Assembly (NCBI GenBank): GCA_038496445.1
Contig: JALMLS010000478.1
Location: 62,001-126,000, forward strand
Reading direction: 5' to 3'
From: Trichosphaerium sp. ATCC 40318
Taxonomy: Eukaryota; Protista; Tubulinea
DNA: 64,000 bases
Part shown: piece after piece, positions 50,451 through 62,699 of the stretch
Layout of the letters: each line of letters starts with the position of its first letter
How positions within the stretch are numbered: the stretch's first letter is position 1
Made by a program: the position numbers and the translations under genes
Notes under the pieces: model-generated
Database searches by the model: none
What the model saw: the letters and a program-made list of their open reading frames with translations, nothing else
What the model was told of the DNA's origin: nothing

Positions 50451-52763
50451 ATGGATTTGGTCTATTTCTGCGTTGCGTTGTTCGTATTAGTCGCTATGAC
50501 TCATGGTAGAACAGGTACGAGTAGTATTAAAACAAGCCTTTAGTAAAGGCCGTTCAAATAACAGAAATTGTGTTTTAGTCATAACTTCAAGTGAACATGT
50601 TTGTGGCAATGATATTGGTTGTTATCTGCGAGAAGAACCTACAGAGCTTATTCTCAATTCAACAAACTTGACTTTGGGTAACTTTAGTGGCGAAACCGAA
50701 GTTTCAAAAAGCGTTGACATTTATGGTAAGTTGGTGGTTCTCAGTAAAGTTGTAACTAAGCGCGTTTAGGATTGTATAATGTAAATGTCTCTTGCGAAGG
50801 AGAGCGGCTATCCCCACTTTACAACAATATCAGTATCTCGCTGTCAGGATTTACAATTCGAGATTGCCTAGTCAGACTTTACGATTATGCGAATGTTACC
50901 ATGACGTACTTGGAGCAAGGCAACCCTAAAAGCAATGTTAATATTCACTTTAGAAATATGACGTTTACTGGACATGATACAGGCTTAAGGGTTATAGACA
51001 GGTACAACGCTATTGCTATAGATACAGTTGCTTACAACTGAACTATAGTGACGTGTCGCTTAAAAAAGTGACATTTAGAGATGTTTTTATATCATCATTT
51101 GCTGCTTGGAATGTTCTGAGCATTGATTTCACAGAGAGGGCTTATTTACAAGATTGTGTTTTTTCGCATATTGCTTACAATGAACCATATAGAGCAGGTA
51201 CCACAGAAAAATTATATTAACTTTTTAGATAACACCACATAGCACTGATTCGTATTAAAACAGTGACAAGAGTACACAAGCAATTTATTTTGAATCTCAT
51301 AACGTATAATTAGGTTGTAATCAATTCTTGTTTCGTTGAGGACAATACTATTTTTGAGACTACATTTTTAAACATAGTACAAACAGATGAAGCAGAAATA
51401 TCAAACTCTAGTTTTGTGAGAAACAAAGCGAGCATACCATCTGACGGCACATGTAGGGGTACTATCTTACATGTAGTTATGAGTACTAACCATAATTTGG
51501 AATAGAGTATGTGGGTGTACACTCTAGTAGGTTGCTTATAGACTCTTGTGTGTTTGAGAATAATACTTGCATGTACGTTCTCTTGTTTGTTCTATTGTGA
51601 AGTATCTTGCCATTTACAATACTCGTTTAGAAGAACAAATTCTTCAGCAATTCTAACTTCTCCTTCATTTCTCGGGTTGGAAAGCAATATTACAATAAGG
51701 TCAAGAATATTCTATTTACCGGTGAAGTGCTTATCTTTGTGTAGAAATACGAGATTTACTAATGACAGTGGTAATTATAAAGACAACTAAATAGTTTTAA
51801 TCCAAGGTAGAACCAAACATAGTATTTTCCTGTGACTCAAATAATCTCAATTTCACGTGTGAAAAAAACAAATGCTACAGTACTACATTCTTTGGAGAGT
51901 GCAATACAACTGGTAACTATACCAATATTATATTCACACTCAACTTAACAGTATCTGACAATATTTAATAGTTACATGCAACAACGAACATTATTGTGGT
52001 AATACCTTTTACGGTTCAAAAAAGCGTACTATCTAACATAGCAATCTAGTAACTCCCACAGTTGAGCCAACTGTGCCACCGACAACCACACCTACAACTG
52101 CAACCCTACCAAATGGAATCGTGTTATCTGGTCCTTTGATAATAGATGGAGATTTGATCCACTCAGGAACAGCTACAATTACCCCAGGAGGCTTTCTTGA
52201 AGTTGAAGGTAACACGTGATTCAGTTTTTGATATTTATGTTATTGAATCCTTGATCTCATCAAGTGTAGGATCTATTGTGATACCACCAAACGCGACATT
52301 CATCATTGATTTCAGTGGTTACACTGTTGCAATAATTGATGACACGAGAATTGAAGTAATGAGAAGTAATCACGGTTCAATAAGCGGTAGTGTTGCACTT
52401 GTTCAACCAGAAAAGCCATGTTTAAGTGCAATGCTTGACAGGAGTCTTTCATCGTATGTCTATGTCTACTTTTGAGTCATCTAAATGACCCTGATTTTGA
52501 TTTAAGGATATTTGTAATTGCATCAAGACCTGACACTTGTGGCAACAAAACTGAAACAATGAACCTTACTATGGCGCTAGGTATTACTTTTGGTGTTCTT
52601 GTATTGGTATGTTGCTATCTTATTTTTAGCGTGTTCACAACTTTTGACTTGGTGATAGGTGCTCATTGGTATTATTGTTATTTTCTTTGTTCCAAAGTTG
52701 AGACATGCAATTTTGCCGTTCTCACTACGTAAAGCACATAAAATTTCTTCTACTGCAAGTTAA
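50451..52763 (+). CDS. Variable beta-helix type-I membrane protein, copy 5
   Basis: Full exon set of the family, TM and tail. Confidence 0.8.
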
Positions 52764-53279
52764 TTGTAATAAACAACAAAATGATTTAAGGCTCTTTGTT
52801 CATTCTACATTGCCATTTAATTGCTTGTTTTGTGTCACATCCCTAGTACCATTGGCTCCTACAACAACACCTGATTTGAGGGGACCCTATCTCTTGGCTT
52901 GTTTTAAGGACTGGTTTGTATAGCCATTATCTCTTGGACCTTACAACTAACTGTAACATTGCAAAGATTTTGTGACTTGGCTAAGAGCCAAAAAAATAAT
53001 ACTTGTTTGCCATGCAATCGTTTCCAAAAATTACCGGTTGCTTCAAAAAGCCTATTACTACATTTGGCTTTAAAGTTTAAAATCTCACGTTCTAGTTTCG
53101 TAGCCTTATCCTTGCTATCGGTCATATTAAGGATAAACATTGTGCTCATTGTCAGAGTTAGATTAAGACTGACACTTCAAGCAAGGACATTCAGAGAAAG
53201 GATTTTAACCAAACAAAAGCCGTTTATCCAAAACAGACTCAAATCAAAGGAATTTACGACTATTACTAATTGGAGCATT

Positions 53280-53974
53280 ATGTCACTTGATCACGACAGT
53301 CTGATATTAGTTTTCAGTTATTTGGAACCAAAATACCTTAAAATCGCTTCAATTGTCAATAAACATTGGAATACAGTGGCTACAAGCAATGATATGCGTA
53401 AAGTATTAAAATTATGGCCTATTATGCTAAACAAGAGGATAAAGAGTTGGTTTCGCGCTTACGTGCACTATGCTTCTATGTTCTGCCATAAAAATAGCTT
53501 TGATGATATTCACTTCCGAACGACAAGAGACATTGTATTAAAAGATGGAATATCGTCAATTAAACCAACTGAAACTTTCCACATAACTCTTCAACTTGAC
53601 GGAACCTTTGAGTATGAAACATACACGGAAATAAACTGCCGTCGTTCTACAACCACAAGAGGTACGAACAATATCACGTGTTTGTCAATAACATAAATCT
53701 GATCAACAAAAACACAATAGGAACGTGGAGATTGTCAAAAAAAAAGAAGAAATGGGTTGTACGAACACATGAAAATCAAACAAGACAGGACGAGGTGTGG
53801 TTCAACGACAGAGTTTCCAGGCAAACCAAGACGAAAAAAGATCCTTTTAGTAAATGTGATAAGCACGTGATATATACAGCTGTAATAGATACCGACGGAA
53901 CTGTTAAAGGGTTGATAGTACCTTTAAAAAAGAAAGATAAAAACAAAGTTGTAATGAATGCAAGTCACTTCTGA
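53280..53974 (+). CDS. F-box protein, cassette copy B (2 exons)
   Basis: Near-identical to 18241-18931; intron at about 53662-53719. Confidence 0.75.
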
Positions 53975-54928
53975 CAAGTTTAATAAAACATTCGGCCATT
54001 GAAACACCTTGGTTAAGCTAATTGGTTTGAGTAAGGAAATTTTACCAACGTTTCTTGAACCCATCAAACCAACCTCGCATACTAGATTGGGGTCAACAAA
54101 ACGTACTGTACCTCATAGTTCTCCAAGTGATAAAGGCATATGCTCCACCCAAGAGGGTTATTTTGATTTGTGCTTGTACCATTGTTGCTGTTGATGTTCG
54201 TTATAATTAGATATGTGGCTGTCAGAAAACTCAACATCCTAAAACAGGAGATACCAAAAGCTACACTGCTACAACAATTACGATATCATTGAAACTACTC
54301 TCGTTTACAATGACATCTTGACAGACAACTTTGGTCGGGTCAACGAAATACTGAAACACATACTATGGTCAAGGGATGTACTTCACTGTACGTTACTATC
54401 CTTTTTTGCTGTAGGTTAATCTTCATTGCCGCCAATAGAGAAGAAGTTCATGATATGATAAATGGAAGAAACGCAAAAACAGAAAAACTTCAACTATTTC
54501 TTCTTCTCAATTCCGATTCATACTCCTGAAATGAATCTCGTTCATCCACCTATTCCATGCACTAAAAACTGTTGAATGAAATAAACAAGCAATATATCGT
54601 GATCATTAACTTGGCTTAGAGGTGTAAGGAACCTGTAAAGATCTCAGGTAGATGTTCACACGTACTCTCCAGTTTGCGTTTACGTGTTACTTCACAATCC
54701 ATAGAATGTCAAACTATCACCTGCTATTCCTTTGATTTTATGGAGCTCTATACTTAGATAACAAGTACCTAGTTGTAGCACCAACCTAGAGGTATTGAAA
54801 TGGGATCCTTATTGTTTATCAACAAGGTGACAAGTGAACTATTTATTTATTGCATTTGTCTGCTCATGAACACTGTCGAATGCCCTTTTGTTTCTTTTTG
54901 TTTAATAGTACCATTTGAAAGGTAGTTC

Positions 54929-55963
54929 TTATGCTTCATCGAGTATACCTTTGTTATAATAACATTGCATTATCAGGACACCTTCTTTGTTCCACTCATT
55001 GTACTCTCCGTCAAGTTCACCATTTCTATAGTAGCTCTCAACAGTTTACCATTCTCATGCCATTCCTTATGATTTCCTTCAAGTACTTCTTTAACAAAAA
55101 AACACCTTTTTAGCAAGGTACCATCTCCATAGTATTCCTTGTATTCTCCTTCGAGATAACCCTTGATTTTAAAACAAGCTTGAATAAGTTCCCATTTTTG
55201 TAAAACTCTTTGTATACTCCTTGTTGTCTACCATTGACAACGTAGAACTGCCTAACCAATACACCATTTGTGGACCACTCCTTGACCTTACTGTCACGTG
55301 TACCTATGATCCTTTTACGTTGTAGACGCAAGGTGCCATTATGGTCATATCTCCTGGATGTGCCTTCAACTGCATCATTGACATAGCGATGCTTCAAAAA
55401 CAAGCCACCTTCTTCATTCCACTCAGTGCACTTTCCTTCAAGTTTATCATCGACATAGTGACACCGCTTACGTAATGTTCCACGTGCATCCCATGTCTTA
55501 TACTTTCCTTCAAGTTTATCGTTGACATAGTGACAATGTTTACGTAATCTGCCATGTATGTCCCACATCTTGTACGCTCCTTCGAGGTTATCGTTGACGT
55601 AATGGCAATGTTTACGTAATCTGCCATGTATGTCCCACATCTTGTACTCTCCATCAAGGTTACCGTTGGTAAAGTAACACTGTCTTGCTAGCTTATAGCT
55701 ATTTTTGGTACTGTGCTGGTGTATTTTTAGCCACTTGCCATGCTTCTTCAAGTCTCTATCAAATCTAGAGGTTGTAGCTGTTTGTTTTGATAAGAGTGGC
55801 CATTTAAGGTATATATCAATATCTATTTCGATTATTACGAGCTGTAGCTCTATTGGAAGTTGTAGTAGATGACAATAATCCGACTTTGAAGCTCCCGCCT
55901 ATGGTTTTTGTTTAGAATGGCGTACATCTTGCTTTTACAACACGATAGTACCTCTTCTGTCAT
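54929..55963 (-). pseudogene. F-box plus MORN-variant repeat gene with two frameshifts
   Basis: MTEE/AGASKSDYCHLLQLPIEL, then 23-aa repeats (G.Y..W...G.L...C.Y....L.G); repeats continue in shifted frames near 55180 and 55030. Confidence 0.75.
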
Positions 55964-56059
55964 TTTTAGTAAAACGATTACTTACAATGAGGTGTTGGAG
56001 TTTGAGTGGTGTTGGTATCGCTTAAAGTGAGCGTAAAAGCACTTAACCAATATATGCAA

Positions 56060-57095
56060 GGCAAATTTGAGAGCACTTTTTTTTTTGATTTATCTTACCT
56101 TTTTCTGTGGGTCGTCACCGTTATTCATGGGGATCATGCTATTCGGTAGCAGCGTTCTCATTGGTAGTGTTTTTCCACTTCTTCCTAATGTAGTGACCAC
56201 TGTAGGTTGCTACATAGAGCGTGGATGCTTGATCTTGGTTTTATTGTTTGGGTATGCACTTTCAATTTATTCCATTTTTGTTCTTATAACACCAATTCTT
56301 CTTTACAGGCCATTATTTGCAAAGAAGCTTCGTATAGAGGCTTGTACTCTAACAAAACACCAGAAGACTTCAAAATTTCTGATAAAACAGTTTCTTGGGT
56401 TCTATCACTTGTTGGTGCTCATACTATTTTATTGATTGTTGCTGTATACAAGTAACTCAATCACTATCTCACTAATTTCATTCCTACTAGTCCGTTGTTG
56501 GTCTCCCAAAGAGAGGAACAGTCGTACTGGATACTATTCGTCAATAACAATTACTATAGCTGCGAGATGAAGCCAGGCTTCAATGTTATTGTATACATCA
56601 TTTCTGCTTGTAACGTAAGTCTTAGTTGATTCATGTTGACTCTTAACTCATAGAATTAGGGTGCATTATTATTGGTTACAAGTGTTGTAGCTTTCAGAGT
56701 TAGATTGATACCTATCAAGCAGTTTAATGAGTCCAAACTCATTTTCTTTTCTGTTTACAATGTAGCCTTTTTCTCCGTGCTTTGTTTTGCTCTTGCTCTT
56801 GCACAGATTGAAAGATTTACTCAGTTCCTTCTATCCTTATTTATCATATCAGGATCTAGTACGTCCATTGATGAAATACAGTTTTACATAGCGCTAACGT
56901 TGTTTTTAGCCATCACAGTCAATTCAATTTTCTTGCACAAGACACGCTTTTCAACATTCTTGTCAAGTGTTAACTCATCCAGGTCATCTTCAAGCACTTC
57001 TAAGTTTAAAACCTGCGTTCTCAAACTGCCATACCTTCATAAAATTAATCGTATCTAGAAATACCTCTGTCACCGATAGCGAATATAACGTGTAA
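56060..57095 (+). pseudogene. Class C (GABA-B/Grl-like) GPCR 7TM region, apparently frameshifted
   Basis: SSPLFMGIMLFG, PLFAKKLRI, AFRVRLIPIKQFNESKLIFFSVYN (7tm_3 signature); reading frame switches within exons. Confidence 0.7.
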
Positions 57096-57383
57096 GCTCA
57101 TCACATGTAAAACAAAACTGTAAAAAAAAAGCTCTATGTCTCGATGCAATTGGTGGTATTGTTAGACAGTGTCAGAAAGATTTAGTCTCATTTATCTAGA
57201 CACTTGTGCACGTGGTTTGGTACACTCAAATTTCCCTATTCCTGTTACACCACAACTCCGCGGAGTAGATAGTAGAGCGATAAAGAGTAGTAGACGTTGT
57301 CAAAACGTTACTGCTGACTTAAATTAGAGAAAGTTAAGTTTTCGGAACTGTTCGCTCAAAAAACTTTTCGGTAAAGCATCAAC

Positions 57384-60105
57384 ATGGCGGAGACTTCAAA
57401 AAAGTGGGGATTTAGCAACGACCCATTACTATGGGCTCGATACGAGGTACAATATTGAAATACATGAGTAACGCTTCGCGAAACGATCACGTCTGACTGA
57501 TTGATACTAGGTAGCTACAAGAGACGCTCAAGTACGGTCTTAATAACAAAAATCCTGTTGTTTTGCAGACTTTTTCCTTAAAGTCCGTTTAAAATAGGTT
57601 CCTGAGGAAGACGAGATCACCAAGACGTTGAAGCCTATTACTAGGGTAAGAATAATACCATTGATGACGTGTGAATCGAGCGATCGTTTAAATTTGTTTT
57701 AGGAGAACAAAGACTTGGTGTGGAAGGTTATTAATGGCGTAGATCATGTATTAGTAACGGTTTACACTAACTTTTGGGGATACGACGGAAAGGACCACAA
57801 TGAGGTTTGTTTTTTTGGTTTTTTTGAGAAAGTTATAGTTTTGCGATTTCCCGTCTCTAATGTGTATTAGAAAATGAGCTTGCCTGTTGTACTATGGTGT
57901 ACACCATATCCTTACCTCCATAGGGACTATATTCTTAAAAAGAGGTACTTTAAAGCTCTGAAAACATCTGTCAACTTTTTTTCTTTTCGATCTCGACCAA
58001 AAAAAAGTACTGGCACGTTTCTGTTTTTCTGTTTATTTTCTGTTTACATAAATCTCCAAAACTTGTTTTCTATCACTCATAGATTAAACCAAGATGAAAA
58101 AAAACAAAAAAAGAGAGATCTACATCAATCAGTTTTGTTATTCTTGTATTTTTGTTAAAACACACTGCTAGCGATCCACCGAACCCTCAGGCTAAGACTG
58201 ATGAAGAAAAAATGCATTTACGTATTATTCAAGGACTAGGACTGGTAAGAAACAATACTGAGCCACGTTTTTCTTTGAACACGTGGTTGCCAAAGTCAAT
58301 ATTTGAAATTCAAGCGCTATTCTTGCTAAGCGCTGTTCTTTCTTTTAGCCACCTGATAGTTACAACCCTTATTTTGTTGAATTGTGGGTAAACCCTGCTG
58401 ATATGTTACGCCCTTCTGTGGATAATGAGATTACTGGTAAGTTATAAATAGAGTCTTTTCGAGAGATACTAATAACGTGGTTATAGATACTTCTGCTGGT
58501 GTTGCTGACATTAACAAAGAATCCGCTGAGGTAAAGTCTCATAGTTCTGGATTTCAAAAATGGTATACCAACATGAAGAGCACCGCATACGATAGACAAG
58601 ATGTCGATTGGCCTTGGACCAGATTGGGTACGCGTCCTTCTTATGTTAGAATATAATTAGTCAGAAAAGTTTGATGTTTTGTATTTATTGGGTTTTTTAA
58701 AGGCTATACTTTCGACTGGCATCGTAAAAACCCAAGTGTTGATGCTGATATCGCTAAATTGTACGTTAATTTTAAAAAGAAGTTGGAGGGTATAGACGAA
58801 CGAATTTATCAACCCTTTTTCTTAGTGTTTTTCTTTTTTTTTTGGCAAATTATTGTTTTCTAGTATTATCACGTGGTAGTCTAATTTTTTAAACAATAGT
58901 TTGGGTAAATCAGGAGTATCTCTGGATGAAAGCGAAAAAGCAGTCCGTGAATGGATCATAGACGTTGTAGGTAGATTAACTAAATTCGAAACAGAAATCG
59001 ATACTTTCAAAGGAGATGCTAAAAAAGTTGGTAAGAAATTTATTCACTATTGATTTTTGGAGTAACACGTGATAATATCTTTGAATTAATTCATTCATCT
59101 AGAGTCTATGGTCGAAAATGAGCTTAAAAAGCTATCCACTGGCGAAGATCTCACAAAGCAACTTGCTGATGGTGTCATCTTACTTTGGGCTTTGCGTTTC
59201 GCTTTTCCTTTGAAAGAGCCTGAAGGTTTTGACTCTGGTATCGAGCGTGATATGTCCCTATCAGGCCCAAAAGCTCTTAAAGAGTTCTTTGACTATTGCA
59301 AGAGCAAGGCCATCCCTGAAGCGTACCTTTGTGATCCTAGTAACCTCGAAAAGGATAAACTCATCGCAACTCTTCTTTTTATCATTGACTTGACAGAAAT
59401 GCAAGAAATTGGATTAAGCGAGTACATCATTACCGGTGCTGCAAGGAAGACTGAGGAGACCTTATCTCCTATCGTGTACGTTTATAATTGCACTCTCAGA
59501 TACGATCAAGTACAAGCATACGGTGACAGAAGTAAGACTTTTTTTGAAAAATTTTTTTTGCTCTTTCAAGAAAAAATGTGTTTGTTAAGTCTGTGATCCT
59601 GACTTCTTTACTAGTGCGATTCGAGGCCAAATCTTACACTGAGAAACCTGTTATCAAAGCTGGACAAGACTTCTATTTTACATACGACAGGTAACTGTTT
59701 CTCTGAAAGGAGAGCCCTTAAGTTTTGGGTTCATTTGCTAATTTTTTGTAAACAGGGAAAATCGTCTTCCTCAGTTTGAAGAGAAAGGAGAATTCAATAC
59801 TGCTAAAATAACGACACACGTGATTTTCCATGTTAATGGAAAGCCAACTGAGCCTTCTCAAGTTGTTATTTTGGATCACAATGAAGCAAACGACCTACCA
59901 CCAGAACTGAGATCAAAACCTATTGCTGTGCCTTCTGGTTGTACACAAATAGAGGCAAGCCGAGTTAACACATTTGTTTTGACTTCTTTTTTTGTGCGGC
60001 CCTATTAACTGTTCCTCGTAGATGTGGTTTGAAAACAAGCTACCATCAGGTGCTACGCATGTTGATGATAACAAAGGAGCACACTATAAATTCTCGGTTG
60101 CTTGA
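57384..60105 (+). CDS. Multidomain protein: bacterial-like uncharacterised domain with inserted CH domain and C-terminal beta-sandwich
   Basis: RIIQGLGLPP..FVELWVNPADMLRP..WPWTRLGYTFDW, then EWI..LADGVILL..F.DYCK..IP..LCDP.NL (CH), then GLSEYII, ending MWFEN..DDNKGAHYKF. Confidence 0.7.
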
Positions 60106-60480
60106 ACAAACGATTTTGTGGCAGTTAGTTGGTGAGAAGCTAATTTAACTATCATGTGACGAAATAAACTACATGTTTACAAAGAAACGTTTTGTCTTTG
60201 TTTTTTTTTTCTTGGACCTGTAGTCTCGGTACATACAAAGACACCAAGTTTTTGTACCAGCTTCATGGCTTACATGTATGTTGATCTTGAACCGAAAGAT
60301 GCCTTCCGAAAGCAATTCTAAGTAGGGACTGGGAAAGTAGTTGATCTAACCATTTCATCTAATAGCCTAATACGAGCTAAAAATAGCAACCAGAGGTGTA
60401 AAACGCAGTGTTAATAACTACCTCTCTAACAACCTAAGTGAGAATAAAGTAGGGTATCTACTGTTTATTGAAAAGTACAA

Positions 60481-62699
60481 TTAACTTTCAGTAGAAGTGA
60501 CTTTTAGTGTGTTTTTACGTAATGAGTATGGTACAATTGCATGTCTCAACTTTGTAACAAAGAAGATGGCAATAAGACCAATGACCACCTATCACCAAGT
60601 CAAACTTGCTACTGCTAAAAACAAATAACATACCAATAAAAGAACACCAAAGGTAATACCAAGCACCATACCAACGTTCACTGTTTCTGGTCTGTTGCCA
60701 CAAGTGTCAGGTATTGATACAATTACAAATATCCTAAAATCAAAATCAGGGTCATTTAGATGACTCAAAAGTAGACATACGATGAAAAAGTTCTATCAAG
60801 CACTGCATTTAAACACACCTTTTCTGGAGGTGGAACAAGTGTAACATTACCACTTATTGTGCCATTGTTACTTCTCATTACTTCAATTCTTGTGTCATCA
60901 ATTATTGTATCATTAAAACCAGTGAAATCAATGATGAATGTTGTGTTTGGTGGTATCACAATAGATCCTACACTTGATGAGATCAAGGATGACTCAATAA
61001 CATAAAATATCAAAAATTGCGTTACCTTCAACTTCAAGAAAGCCTCCTGGAGTAATTGTAGCTGTTCCTGAGTGGATCAAGTCTCCATCTATTATCAAAG
61101 GATTAGATAGCGTAATTTCATTTGGCAGAGTTCCAGTTGTAGGTGTGGCTGTTGGAGGGACTGTTGGCTCAACTGTTGGAGTTACTAGAAAGTACAATGT
61201 TAGAAAAATAAGCTCCTTGTTCGGTTGCTGCTCTTTGTAAACGTCTTACCACAATACTCCTCGTTGATGCATGTGACTATCAAGTACTGTTAGACAATGC
61301 CTTTGAGTATGAATACTGGTACCAGTTGTATTGCACTCTGCCTTTTCCGCATGCGAAATTTGTTGTAAGCCGGTCACAAGAAAAAGTTGTATTTGGGTCT
61401 AATTGGAGTAAACTATTAGTTGAATTTGTGGTCTCGATTTTACCATTATTATCATTAACAAATCTTGTATTTCTACACAAAGGTAAGCACTTCACAGTTA
61501 ATAGAATATTCTTGACCTTATTGTAATGTTACTTTCAAACCCATCAAAAGAAGGAGAAGTTAGAATTGCTGAAGAATTTGTTCTTCTAAACGAGTATTGT
61601 AAATGGCAAGATACTTCACAATAGAACAAACAAGAGAACGTACATGCAAGTATTATTCTCAAACACACAAGAATCTATGAGCAACCTAGTAGAGTATACA
61701 CCCACATACTCTATTCCAAATTGTGGTTAGTACTCATAACTACATGTAACATAGTACCCCTACATGTGCCGTCAGATGGTATGCTCACTTTATTTCTCAC
61801 AAAACTAGAGTTTGATATTTCTGCTTCATCTGACTGTACTATGTCTAAAAATGGAGTCTCAAAAATAGTATTGTCCTCAACCAAACAAGAATCAATTACA
61901 ACCTAAGCAGAAATGAGATCGTAAAAATAACATGGTCGTGTACTCTTGTGCTAGCAATTAAGTAAATCAAAGAGCTAGAGGTAGCTGAGGGGATTGTTCC
62001 GTTATAAGAATTCTGTGAAAAAACGCAATCTTGCAAATAAACTGTTTCTGCATTTCGAATATCCAGTACATCAAAAAAAGAAACAAAAACAATATCTGTA
62101 AATGTCACATTTTTAAGAGTCACCACACTACTATACAGTTGTAAGCGACCATATCATATAATAGTGTACCTGTCTATAACCTCTAGGCCCGCATTATATC
62201 CAGTAACTGTGATATTTCTGAGTTAGATTAGCATTGCTTTTAGGTTTGCTTAAACTCAAGTACGTAATGGTAAAATTTGCAAAATCGTAAAGTATGACTT
62301 GACAATCTCGAATTGTAAATCCCGACATCGAGATACTGATATTATTGTAATGTGAGAGTAACCACTCCGTTTTGTTGCAAGAGACATTCACATTAAACAA
62401 TCCTAAACGCACTTAGTTACAACTGACTGAAAACCAACTTACCATAAATGTCAACGCTTTTTCTAAGTGTCACAAAGTTACCAAAAACCAAGTTTGTTGA
62501 ATTGAGAATAAGCTCTGTAGGTTCTTCTCGCAGATAACAATTAATATCATTGCCACAAATGTGTTCACTTGAAGTTATCACTAAATTGTAAAATTATGTA
62601 ATTAAATTATAAAGCGCTTGCACTATTCTTACGTGTGTTACCATGACTCACAGCGAAAAACGTGATAACTAATACAGCGTAGAAACAAAGCGAATCCAT
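60481..62699 (-). CDS. Variable beta-helix type-I membrane protein, copy 6
   Basis: Full exon set of the family on the minus strand. Confidence 0.8.
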
